DNA from: a virus
Strand: one strand, 5' to 3'
Length of the DNA stretch: 17,225 bases
Virus genome (UHGV): UHGV-1699724
Made by a program: the position numbers and the translations under genes. The notes beneath the pieces are model-generated. The model was not told the DNA's origin, did no database searches, and saw only the letters and a list, made by a program, of their open reading frames with translations. Below, one piece after another: positions 1 through 8,008 of this stretch; within the stretch, counting starts at the first letter, position 1; every line of letters begins with the position of its first letter.

Positions 1-344
1 GAAGGCCACGGAACAGGTACGCCAACGGGTAATGCTGAGCCTTCTCCCAAACCAAGGTTTTCAAGAGCCGTTTTCACCGTGCCATCCGATTTGATATCGC
101 CAAACGGATTATTGCGGCTTAACAGCAGCGCACGAAGCGCGGTAAGCAGCTGGTCGTGCCGAGTCTTCTCAAGACTGGCACCGGATGCCTCCACCACGCT
201 GCAAAGCTCCTCCTGCAACATGTCAAAGTAGTCATCATCCAGATCGGTGGCAGGTGTGCCGGTCTGGGGGTTACCACGGGTAAAACCGTTCTTACCCGCG
301 CCGAACTTATCCTTCTGCGCGGTTTTAGTGTCTATGCGATGCAT
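1..344 (-). CDS. Tail fiber protein, N-terminal part only; the gene starts at 344 and runs off the window at position 1
   Basis: Reverse-complement translation from the ATG at 344..342 is open to the window edge ([60 protein letters not shown]...). A GGAG motif lies 6 nt upstream and the start is 3 nt after the stop of the gp48-like gene. I recognise the conserved N-terminal domain of enterobacterial side tail fibers from memory, and the position after the gp47/gp48 baseplate genes fits Mu S. Not in the ORF track because there is no stop in the window. Confidence 0.75.
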   Translation of the reverse strand, partial: MHRIDTKTAQKDKFGAGKNGFTRGNPQTGTPATDLDDDYFDMLQEELCSVVEASGASLEKTRHDQLLTALRALLLSRNNPFGDIKSDGTVKTALENLGLGEGSALPVGVPVPWP

Positions 345-347
345 GGA

Positions 348-932
348 TTACTCCGGATATTTAAAAATTACGTAGGTATGCGACGGGCAGAGTTTGTTAA
401 GCACACACTCGACAACGGTGTCGCCCCATATACGCAGCGCGGAATCACAGGGATCGCCACATGTCATCCAGGTGGTGTTGGTGGTGGCTGGCATGTTGAC
501 CTGCCAGTAATACCGCCATTCAGGCGCATTCACCGCGTCAGTACAGGCCGATGAGCAGGTGAACGTGCTTTTGTCGTATCGCGTGATGGTGGCATCTGGT
601 CTGCCCAGGGCAGCAAGCTGTGCAAGATAAAAATCCTCGTTGATGCCGCCCGCCAGGTTAACCTTCGCATCCAGCCGTTGCTGACGCTGGCGAAGGGTCT
701 GCGTTCCCGCCGGAATACATTCATCCGGCAGACCGCACAGACGCTCCCAGCGGTTTATCAGTTCGGTGGTGGTGCGCGGATCCAGCTCCCGCATCAGGGC
801 ATCCGCACGCTGATGAACACGGGTTAATGACGGTGCCGCACCGGCAATCGCCGGCTCGCTGGCTGACCACGCCGGACCGGGCGGCAACAGTGCCGATAAC
901 AGGCGGATGTAATCATCGTTTGTCACGTCCAT
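348..932 (-). CDS. Mu gp48-like tail/baseplate protein (DUF2313, YmfQ-like)
   Basis: 194-aa ORF whose start overlaps the stop of the upstream J-like gene. Position directly after the baseplate J-like gene and before the tail fiber matches Mu gp48 and e14 YmfQ. Family call is from memory. Confidence 0.65.
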   Translation of the reverse strand: MDVTNDDYIRLLSALLPPGPAWSASEPAIAGAAPSLTRVHQRADALMRELDPRTTTELINRWERLCGLPDECIPAGTQTLRQRQQRLDAKVNLAGGINEDFYLAQLAALGRPDATITRYDKSTFTCSSACTDAVNAPEWRYYWQVNMPATTNTTWMTCGDPCDSALRIWGDTVVECVLNKLCPSHTYVIFKYPE

Positions 933-1981
933 GAAATCGTCCCCAGAACCGCCAGTTCATTTTTTGCAATGGAGATATTGTCCGCCGGTGCAAGCAACTG
1001 ATGGCTGTATTCCCCGTTCGCACCGGAAATCGCTTCACTGATACGCGACACCTTCAGTTCTCCCTGCGGATAACCCTCACGCAGCAGGAACGAACGCAAC
1101 TCCGCAGTAATGGCGGCTCGTATTTCTGGTGTGTCCGGCGTCACGCGGATATGAAAATCCACTGTATGTGCCACCGGCCTGAATACATACAAATCAGAGC
1201 CTGCCACCGGGGCCAGTGGCCCGATATGTTGTCTTGCTGCCGTTTCCGTTGATTCTTCCGGAATGGGATTAATCAGGTCACTGCTGGCAATCATCACACC
1301 GACAGTTCCCGTTCCCATCCAGTGACGGTATGTCCATGCGCGGGTAATGCCGGGCACTTCTTTAGCCCAGACGACATAGTCCCCGTCAGCCCCGCCCTGA
1401 GGTGTCCAGTAATACCGCTCAATGACGCGGGCGCGCCACGTTTCCAGCTCTTCAGTATCAAATCCACCTGTCAGGGTATCTGCCACGCCGGAAGACGGCA
1501 GACCATTCACCGGCGTGACCAGGATTAATGACGTACCGTCGTCAGCGTTACCGACCGCGCCTGCACTTGAGCAGGCGATCGGCACGCGCAGGACACCACC
1601 GGAGCTGGTTGCATCGGCAGTTGCCGTGTACTGAACCAGGTCATCGCGCTGAATAACACTCCCGGCAGTCACCTTCAGGCCATCACTGACACCTTCCCAG
1701 CGCATATACCCGCTGGCAGCCGTGGCCCCCTTGCGCGGACACCGTTTCATCGCAGCATGTCGCGCCAGCCAGGACTCATCGCACAAGTCAGGCAGCATGT
1801 TCATTGCCAGATAATCGATGTACCCGTAAACCGTATGCAGCGCCGCCGCATACACCTTTGCCCGCACGTCTTCATCCATGCGCCGGAGCGTGTCGCTGAC
1901 GTCCAGCCTGGCGAATAAATCGTTACGGAGCATACTGATATTTTCTGCCAGCGTCGGGCGCTGAAATTCACTGTCCGCCAT
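923..1981 (-). CDS. Baseplate J-like protein (Mu gp47 / P2 gpJ family)
   Basis: 352-aa ORF with typical size and position for baseplate J proteins; overlaps both neighbours, consistent with translational coupling. Confidence 0.8.
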   Translation of the reverse strand: MADSEFQRPTLAENISMLRNDLFARLDVSDTLRRMDEDVRAKVYAAALHTVYGYIDYLAMNMLPDLCDESWLARHAAMKRCPRKGATAASGYMRWEGVSDGLKVTAGSVIQRDDLVQYTATADATSSGGVLRVPIACSSAGAVGNADDGTSLILVTPVNGLPSSGVADTLTGGFDTEELETWRARVIERYYWTPQGGADGDYVVWAKEVPGITRAWTYRHWMGTGTVGVMIASSDLINPIPEESTETAARQHIGPLAPVAGSDLYVFRPVAHTVDFHIRVTPDTPEIRAAITAELRSFLLREGYPQGELKVSRISEAISGANGEYSHQLLAPADNISIAKNELAVLGTISWT

Positions 1982-2396
1982 GCGTTATCGCACTCCACAG
2001 ATCATCAAAAGAAATCATTACCGGTCCGTCACGACGCCAGAGGGTGATACTGTTACCCAGTTCATTAATCCCGGTGCGGCGGATATCCAGATCAATACGG
2101 GACACCACGCCGTCATCAATCATCCATTGCAGGCATTCACGGATATACCCCCTTACCGTCTGCACCAGCTGATTGGTCAGTTTGCTGCGCTGAAGCAGCC
2201 ACAGTCGGGAGCCGTAACGGTCATTCTGTACCGCAGGCCAGGTATCCCCCCACCATCCCATCGGGACGTCGGCGTTGTCATCAGGCTCCGCCCGCCGCCA
2301 GGTAAACAGGGAAATCACCACGGCGCGGGTCAGCGGATCCAGCGGTGCGCTGGCGCAGGTGCGTTTACCGTTCACCGTCAGCCACAGTTCCATCAT
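1968..2396 (-). CDS. Mu gp46-like baseplate protein
   Basis: 142-aa ORF between the spike (V-like) and J-like genes; its start forms an ATGA overlap with the stop of the upstream gene. Size and order match Mu gp46. Confidence 0.7.
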   Translation of the reverse strand: MMELWLTVNGKRTCASAPLDPLTRAVVISLFTWRRAEPDDNADVPMGWWGDTWPAVQNDRYGSRLWLLQRSKLTNQLVQTVRGYIRECLQWMIDDGVVSRIDLDIRRTGINELGNSITLWRRDGPVMISFDDLWSAITHGGQ

Positions 2397-2941
2397 GCCT
2401 CCATCGCTTTATCAGGTTTGTCGGTGTTACTGCCCTGACCGTTCTCTCTGTGACAATGACCGTTATAGGCAAGCCGCATCGCTGACATGGTGGTGCCGCC
2501 GGAGTCGCACAGGTCTTTCACCTGTCCGGTCACTTCAAGGTCCATTTCAAAACGTGCTTCAGGTGCATTGCGAAACGTGATCGTTTTACCTGCACCGTCC
2601 ACCACGATCCCCTCCCGGGTCAGCGTCACGGACTGCCCCTGATCGTCATAGACAGCCACCTCACCCGTCTGCAGCCCTTTCAGGCGGTAGCGCCGGTCCG
2701 ACACCGTAACAACCACCGCATGAGAACGGTCGCCATCCGGAAACAACACCACCGCTTCCGCACCGCTGTTTGCCCTTGCGGTAAAACCGTAGGGTTCAAG
2801 ATGTTCAACCCCGGCTTTGGGTTCACCGGCAATCAGGGACACATCCACGGTCTGACATTTCGTGGCGGCACTGATGCTTTTCACCACGGCCCGCCCAATC
2901 AGGCCGAGGAGTTGTCGCTGCATGGCTTCAATCGTCCTCAT
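2393..2941 (-). CDS. Baseplate assembly protein V / central spike (Mu gp45-like)
   Basis: 182-aa ORF immediately after the hub gene (TGATG 1-nt overlap at 2941). Size and position match gpV-family spike proteins. Confidence 0.75.
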   Translation of the reverse strand: MRTIEAMQRQLLGLIGRAVVKSISAATKCQTVDVSLIAGEPKAGVEHLEPYGFTARANSGAEAVVLFPDGDRSHAVVVTVSDRRYRLKGLQTGEVAVYDDQGQSVTLTREGIVVDGAGKTITFRNAPEARFEMDLEVTGQVKDLCDSGGTTMSAMRLAYNGHCHRENGQGSNTDKPDKAMEA

Positions 2942-4020
2942 CAGAACGGGTCCTCCTGTACTCTGGCTTTTTTCTTTTTCCGCGCGCCGGGGGCTTCTGG
3001 TTCAGGCAGATAAGCATCAGGTGGGCCGACACGGATTTCCGTCAGGGTGCCGTTCTGGTCCTGAGTAAACGTGACTTCCGAGACAAGCAGTTCGGTATTG
3101 TCGAAACCACAGACCGGATCGAAGACAATCACCCGCTGGTTGGGCTGCCACAGCGTACCGTTACCCTGTCGCCAGCCCTGCACCACATAGGTGGTTTCAT
3201 CCGTCCGCGCCGCCCGTTGCCGGGCTTCAAAGTCAGCACGCGCAATACAGCCTGCCCCCGTGGCCTGCCCTGTCTGCCTGATATACATCGGACGGTAACG
3301 GGCAATAAATGCGTCCTCTGTGCGGGCCCGCAGCGCGGTGGTGGTGGCCTCACCGAAATCATCGTCGTTTCCGGCACGCTGCCCCGCCACCTGGTAAACT
3401 GAAAACCGCTCCCGGATACTCTTCTCCGTATCACAGGAAAGGATGTTTTCCCCAAGTACCAGCGCGGTATGTGCCCGCGTTGAGCCAATACCGCCAATCA
3501 CCAGCCTGCCGTGCGGGTCGTCATAAGCCAGCGCCTGCTGCTGACCGAGTATTTTGTTGATCACCTCGATCACCGTTTCACCGTGATCAGGCTGGACATC
3601 AGGAATAACACCCGACGGCGCATCGCTGTTCACCACCTCAATGCCGAAAGGCGCAGCAAGCGCCTGCGCAATCTGTACCAGCGATCGTCCGTTAAACTGT
3701 GTCGGTTCGGCTGTACAGTCAATCAGGTCAGCAGTCAGACTACGTCCGGCAATACCGGTGCTGACCGAACGGGCATCGTAACGAACGGGGGTCGCCTCCA
3801 CCCAGCCGGTGATCACCAGCTCATCACCAATTAGCACTTCCACTTTTGAACCATTTTTAATGCGCGGCTGAAGCGTGGTGATACCCTCATCTCCCGGCCA
3901 CTGGCGGGTGATCTCCACGTTGAAATCCCGCGCCAGCCGTTCAATACCGGCACCGATGCGCACCGATGTCCAGCCATTCCACTCCCGGCCATTTACCCGT
4001 AGCGTGACGTTATCGTTCAT
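2941..4020 (-). CDS. Baseplate hub protein (Mu P / P2 gpD-like)
   Basis: 359-aa ORF with ATGA overlap to the upstream DNA-circularization gene at 4017-4020. Size and position match Mu gp44 / P2 gpD-type hub proteins. Confidence 0.8.
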   Translation of the reverse strand: MNDNVTLRVNGREWNGWTSVRIGAGIERLARDFNVEITRQWPGDEGITTLQPRIKNGSKVEVLIGDELVITGWVEATPVRYDARSVSTGIAGRSLTADLIDCTAEPTQFNGRSLVQIAQALAAPFGIEVVNSDAPSGVIPDVQPDHGETVIEVINKILGQQQALAYDDPHGRLVIGGIGSTRAHTALVLGENILSCDTEKSIRERFSVYQVAGQRAGNDDDFGEATTTALRARTEDAFIARYRPMYIRQTGQATGAGCIARADFEARQRAARTDETTYVVQGWRQGNGTLWQPNQRVIVFDPVCGFDNTELLVSEVTFTQDQNGTLTEIRVGPPDAYLPEPEAPGARKKKKARVQEDPF

Positions 4021-5345
4021 TGCACTGGCACCTTCAGAGGGTTCACCGGCACAAAGCCGGGATGCGTAATGGCATTACGCCGGATAATGTCCGCGTCACG
4101 CGCCGCGTTATCAAACCAGGTCGCCGCCAGCACCAGCGCGGGTAAAACCTCATCCGGTGTGCGATGAATGATCCGTGCAGACTGTTCAAGGCGCGTGTTG
4201 ATATCCGCATTCAGATCTGCTTTCACCCGGCGCAGCGCCAGAAACAGCGCATCACTGGTTGTACGGGACAACTCCTTATCAATTGCCGTATTCAGTGTGT
4301 CGCGAATGTCGGTCAGTTCTTCCCACGTTGGCAGGTCAACCGTGTTTTTCACCGCAGGTGCATTGTTCAGTGCCGGATGCGTGACGGAAGGCCAGCCAGT
4401 GCTCTGCGCGGGTGTTGTTGACTGCCCCACTGTGGCATTCTGCATCACCGCGGAAGTTGTGGGCGCAGGCAATCGTGTGACGGCATACGCCGCTTCGCTG
4501 ATTGCGGTCGTACGAAGGGTGCTGGCAACCACGTTACGCTGCTGCGTAGCCGTGGCGGTGGTTTTACTGTCCGTTTTCCAGATGCCGCGGGGTTGCAGAT
4601 TGCTGCCGAGACTGACCCTGGAAAACGTTTTGATCATGGTGACCAGGTCGCTGGCGTTACCATAAAGGCGTTTCCCGGTACGCCACATTTTCTGCACCTG
4701 CTCAACGAAATTTTTGCCTGACGATGGCGGCGACAGAAGTACCGAGATATCCCCCTGCAATAGCCTGGCGGCATCCGATACGGCAGAATCCACCACTTTC
4801 ATCGCATCAGAAACATACCCAAGCATTGTGCTGGCATTACCGACGACGTCGTTCTGCACAAAATCTGCCACGCCATCGATACTGAAACTACTGAAACTGT
4901 CACTGATGCAGTCATCCAGTGCAGAACAGGATGACATCAGCGTCTGCGCCGTCGCCGCACCTGATGTGGGGTAAGAGAGTTCTCCCGCTTCGACAAACTT
5001 CAGGTCAAAGCGGACAATACGCCCTTCACTCTTCGATGTGCTGACCCGAACCTCTCCGTCAACACAGACTTTCAGCTCACCGTAAGTCGGATGGACAAGC
5101 GTGCCGGGACCGGGTTTATTCAGCGCGTCAATCAGGCGATCGCGCTGGTCAAAGCAGTCATCTCCCACCACATAAGCCGTGATGGACGGGCGGAAAGTGA
5201 TTTTCCCCAGGTCTTCGGTATAGGGTTTGTCGCGGTTCGGGTATTCGTGCGTTTCCACACGACGACCGGTTCCCGCAATTTCTTCTTCAACCTTAAACGG
5301 CACACCGCGAAATGACGCGTCCTGAAGTCTGTCTTTCCACGTCAT
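4017..5345 (-). CDS. DNA circularization protein (Mu N / gp43-like)
   Basis: N-terminal region (MTWKDRLQDASFRGVPFKVEEE...HEYPNRDKPYTEDLG) resembles Mu N-family proteins as I recall them. The track ORF starts at 5387, but its first 14 codons overlap a terminator hairpin and T-tract; the ATG at 5345 has a GGAG motif 6 nt upstream and is the more likely start. Confidence 0.75.
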   Translation of the reverse strand: MTWKDRLQDASFRGVPFKVEEEIAGTGRRVETHEYPNRDKPYTEDLGKITFRPSITAYVVGDDCFDQRDRLIDALNKPGPGTLVHPTYGELKVCVDGEVRVSTSKSEGRIVRFDLKFVEAGELSYPTSGAATAQTLMSSCSALDDCISDSFSSFSIDGVADFVQNDVVGNASTMLGYVSDAMKVVDSAVSDAARLLQGDISVLLSPPSSGKNFVEQVQKMWRTGKRLYGNASDLVTMIKTFSRVSLGSNLQPRGIWKTDSKTTATATQQRNVVASTLRTTAISEAAYAVTRLPAPTTSAVMQNATVGQSTTPAQSTGWPSVTHPALNNAPAVKNTVDLPTWEELTDIRDTLNTAIDKELSRTTSDALFLALRRVKADLNADINTRLEQSARIIHRTPDEVLPALVLAATWFDNAARDADIIRRNAITHPGFVPVNPLKVPVQ

Positions 5346-5357
5346 ATAAACTCCGTA

Positions 5358-5385
5358 CATAAAAAATCCCACCGGAGTGGGACTC
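5358..5385 (-). terminator. Rho-independent terminator-like hairpin between the tape measure and DNA-circularization genes
   Basis: On the transcribed strand: TCCCAC-tccg-GTGGGA (6-bp stem, 4-nt loop; plus-strand 5367-5382) followed directly by TTTTTT (plus-strand A-run 5361-5366). It lies about 25 nt after the tape measure stop at 5406. Confidence 0.5.
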
Positions 5386-5405
5386 ATTAACAGATTAATT
5401 TTTCA

Positions 5406-7241
5406 TTACCTGCCAAAGCGCGTATAGCCAACATCATGGCTGACATCAAAACCGCTGGATCGCGTTTCCATAACCCGCATACCCGGAGGCGAATTCACAA
5501 AAGAGACCTTGATCTCACCATCAACTTTTGGCGCAGAAGCTTTGTTAATCATGAAGGGATTCGGGCCTGTGGCATCGGAGGCGTTGTTTGACTGAGCCAG
5601 ATCTACCGCCGGATAAGGTGTGTATCCCCGTGCCGGTATTCCCGTCCCATAAGCATCATAAGCACCCGCGCCCCACTGCGCAGAGTTAATGGCATCGACC
5701 GTGTCACCGGAACTGTCGGTAAACCACTCAATAATTGGCTTCAGCTTGTCCCACATATCCTGAAACCACTTAACAACCGGTCCCCAGTTATTGATCACCA
5801 TCCCCAGCGGCGACCAGGCAAAAACCTTCTTAAGAAGTTCCCGGCCAGTCTCAAAATGAGGACCAATGGTTTCCCAGAGCTTCTTGAAATAAGGTCCGAC
5901 AACATCCCAGTTAGTGATAATTAATCCCGCAGCCAGGGCTATCGCCGTCGCAATCATGCCAATCGGCGTCATCGACATGATCCTGCTGACAATGCTGATG
6001 GCACTGCCCACGCCCATCAATCCCAGTTTCAGAATCGCAAGACCGGCAGCAAGCCCGACGACGCCGCGAATAACCCGGGGATTTTCATCCACAAACTTCG
6101 TGAATTTCTCCCCCAACTCCCCCAGCCACTGCGTGATGTTCTTAGCGTCACCAGAAAATGCGCCGCCAATAGCCGCAAGGCCGTTAGTTGCGGTCCCCGT
6201 CATTGCCTCCCACAGGTTGGACAGCGTACCAAGCTGAGCCTGAACACGTTTATTCAGGCTGGCCTGTTTATTCATCTTCTGCTGGATCTGATCGTAGCCA
6301 TCCTTTCCTTTATCGATCAGGGCATTGACCACCTGAAGGGTTTCGGCATCATCACCAAATATTGCCTTAAGTACGCCTGTTCGCTTAACGTCGGTCAGTT
6401 TTCGCAACTTTGCCAGTTGCCTGAACATGTTATCAAGACCGCCAAAACTCCCTTTGCCGTCAGTAAAATCGAGCTGTACCCCGAGTTTCTGGCGAGCCAT
6501 AACTTTATTGACGTCCCTGATTTTCTTAACGCTTAATCCGGACTGGATAACTTTTCGCAGGGCATTACCTGCCGACTCCCCGTTCATCCCCATCTGATCC
6601 ATCATGACGCTGATGGGGGCAAGGCTCTGTGCAGCCTGAAGACCGTCCTTGTTCACCATCTTCAGAACAGAACTGGTTTTAGTGAAGAAGGACAACATGT
6701 TGGTATCGTCAACGCCCAGATAAAACGCCTTCTGGATAGTGTCGAACAGCCCCATCATGTCTTCTGACGCCGTTCCGGTAGCATCCTGCATTTTTGCGGC
6801 AAACTCAGCAGCCGCTTCCGGTGTTTTTTTCAGTTGTACCGCAAGATATGCAGTCGCTTTACCCACACCGCCAAGAATGTTTTCTGCCGGGATCCCCTGA
6901 CGCACCAGCATCTGCATCATGTTCTGAAAATCAGCCGTTGTACCGGGTAGCTGGTTACCCAGGCCAATAGCCAGTTTATTGATGTCCTGAAAGCTCTTTC
7001 CAACCTCGCCGTTCGCATCCATCATGGCGACTTTCAGCCCGGTGGCGGCGTTTTCCTGATCGGCATAAGATTTCAGGGAAAGCGTCAGACCCGCTGCCAG
7101 TCCGCCCCCAAGCGCCAGCCCACCCTGTGACGCTTCTTCCGCCTGGCGTTTAAATCCCCGGATTTTCTTTTGCATTTTCGACAGCGCGGGAGAAAGCCTG
7201 TCGACACCGGTGATCAACGCCTTAAGCTCAAATTCAGCCAT
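5406..7241 (-). CDS. Tail tape measure protein
   Basis: 611-aa ORF directly after the chaperone pair. Ala/Gly/Leu/Gln-rich helical N-terminal two-thirds and a long hydrophobic segment (VIRGVVGLAAGLAILKLGLMGVGSAISIVSRIMSMTPIGMIATAIALAAGLIITNW) are typical of tape measure proteins. AGGAGA lies 9 nt upstream of the ATG. Confidence 0.85.
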   Translation of the reverse strand: MAEFELKALITGVDRLSPALSKMQKKIRGFKRQAEEASQGGLALGGGLAAGLTLSLKSYADQENAATGLKVAMMDANGEVGKSFQDINKLAIGLGNQLPGTTADFQNMMQMLVRQGIPAENILGGVGKATAYLAVQLKKTPEAAAEFAAKMQDATGTASEDMMGLFDTIQKAFYLGVDDTNMLSFFTKTSSVLKMVNKDGLQAAQSLAPISVMMDQMGMNGESAGNALRKVIQSGLSVKKIRDVNKVMARQKLGVQLDFTDGKGSFGGLDNMFRQLAKLRKLTDVKRTGVLKAIFGDDAETLQVVNALIDKGKDGYDQIQQKMNKQASLNKRVQAQLGTLSNLWEAMTGTATNGLAAIGGAFSGDAKNITQWLGELGEKFTKFVDENPRVIRGVVGLAAGLAILKLGLMGVGSAISIVSRIMSMTPIGMIATAIALAAGLIITNWDVVGPYFKKLWETIGPHFETGRELLKKVFAWSPLGMVINNWGPVVKWFQDMWDKLKPIIEWFTDSSGDTVDAINSAQWGAGAYDAYGTGIPARGYTPYPAVDLAQSNNASDATGPNPFMINKASAPKVDGEIKVSFVNSPPGMRVMETRSSGFDVSHDVGYTRFGR

Positions 7242-7652
7242 GTGTGCGTTTCTCCTGCTCTATCCTGTTTGCCTGACTGACCAGCAAGGGAATTTCACTG
7301 ATCGGCATATTCAGCAATTCGAAGGGATTAATGCGCCAGTAGCTGGCGCAGTCAAAGAAGCGATCAGTGAGGTATTCAGCCGTCAGGCCTGGAGGAAAAA
7401 ACCAGCCACAAGCCACGCCGCTGCATTCAGGTCTGCCGGAGACATCTGGTCGACAGAGCTTTGCGGCACTTTCGCCAGCCGCACAATGTATTTCGACACC
7501 ACATGCGCCAGAAGTCTGACGGACTCATCCTGATTCATCTGGTAAGGATACCCCAGCTCGCGGACATCCTTCCCGGTGGGTTCATCAAACTCCAGTACGG
7601 AGAGTGTCTCACCATGAGCGATAATCGGTTTCTTTAACTCAAGCTCTTTCAT
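7234..7652 (-). CDS. Tail assembly chaperone, predicted -1 frameshift fusion product (G-T-like, about 139 aa)
   Basis: The -1 frame is open from the slippery site to a TGA at 7234-7236, which overlaps the tape measure start. Fusion would read ...WLVAGFF then PPGLTAEYLTDRFFDCASYWRINPFELLNMPISEIPLLVSQANRIEQEKRTHG. The track's 60-aa ORF 7234..7416 is this extension called with an internal GTG start. Confidence 0.55.
7383..7652 (-). CDS. Tail assembly chaperone (Mu gp41 / lambda gpG-like), frame-0 product
   Basis: 89-aa acidic ORF between the tail tube and tape measure genes, with a TAATG overlap to the tube gene. This is the canonical position of the frameshifting chaperone. Confidence 0.75.
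   Translation of the reverse strand: MKELELKKPIIAHGETLSVLEFDEPTGKDVRELGYPYQMNQDESVRLLAHVVSKYIVRLAKVPQSSVDQMSPADLNAAAWLVAGFFLQA
7395..7401 (-). promoter_or_regulatory. Candidate -1 programmed ribosomal frameshift slippery heptamer T_TTT_TTC
   Basis: Plus strand GAAAAAA at 7395-7401 is TTTTTTC on the coding strand, in the X_XXY_YYZ register of the chaperone frame (GGT TTT TTC), 6 codons before its stop. Confidence 0.55.
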
Positions 7653-8008
7653 TACTGGTAATCCCCTTCTTCACCGTGGAACTCAAGATCAACCGTGCCT
7701 TCTTCGGCATTATGGTTCGCTTCTCCGTGCAGCCAGGCGGACGACAGTACATAGACCTGACCGTTCGCCAGCTCGGCAGTGATGGTCATCTCATCAGACG
7801 AGGTGATTTTGCTTACCGGAAAATTCTTCGGCACCTTGAAGGTCCCTTTGACATAAGGCGCACGGTGAGTTTCCTTGCGGTCCACTGAACCGTCCAGGCC
7901 GATGATGTCATCATTGACCGTCCTGTTCATGGGCACCTCAATGCCGCCGGTCAGCGATAGCTGCTGACCGTCAATTTTGAAATAACAGGTTCCCCCGATA
8001 CGGGCCAT
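7652..8008 (-). CDS. Tail tube protein (Mu M / gp40-like)
   Basis: 118-aa ORF directly after the sheath gene (1-nt stop/start overlap at 8008), with GAGGAG upstream. Size and position are as expected for a myovirus tube protein. Confidence 0.8.
   Translation of the reverse strand: MARIGGTCYFKIDGQQLSLTGGIEVPMNRTVNDDIIGLDGSVDRKETHRAPYVKGTFKVPKNFPVSKITSSDEMTITAELANGQVYVLSSAWLHGEANHNAEEGTVDLEFHGEEGDYQ

Noticed and set aside
156-554. Plus-strand ORF of 132 aa
   Set aside because: It lies antisense to the tail fiber N-terminus and the gp48-like gene, has no ribosome-binding site and no recognisable family. Such ORFs are expected by chance in GC-rich coding DNA.
3129-3497. Minus-strand ORFs nested in alternative frames inside larger genes (e.g. 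3129..3497, 530..724, 1801..1998, 10821..11006, 12088..12348)
   Set aside because: Same strand but out of frame, inside the hub, gp48-like, J-like, adaptor and capsid genes; no independent start signals. Treated as frame artefacts.
4017-5387. DNA-circularization gene start at 5387 (MSPTPVGFFMYGVYM...)
   Set aside because: Those first 14 codons overlap the terminator hairpin and T-tract after the tape measure gene. The ATG at 5345 with GGAG 6 nt upstream fits the family N-terminus (MTWKDRLQ...).
7234-7416. Independent 60-aa gene starting at the GTG at 7416
   Set aside because: Better explained as the -1 frame extension of the tail assembly chaperone reached by frameshifting at T_TTT_TTC; there is no Shine-Dalgarno motif for independent initiation.
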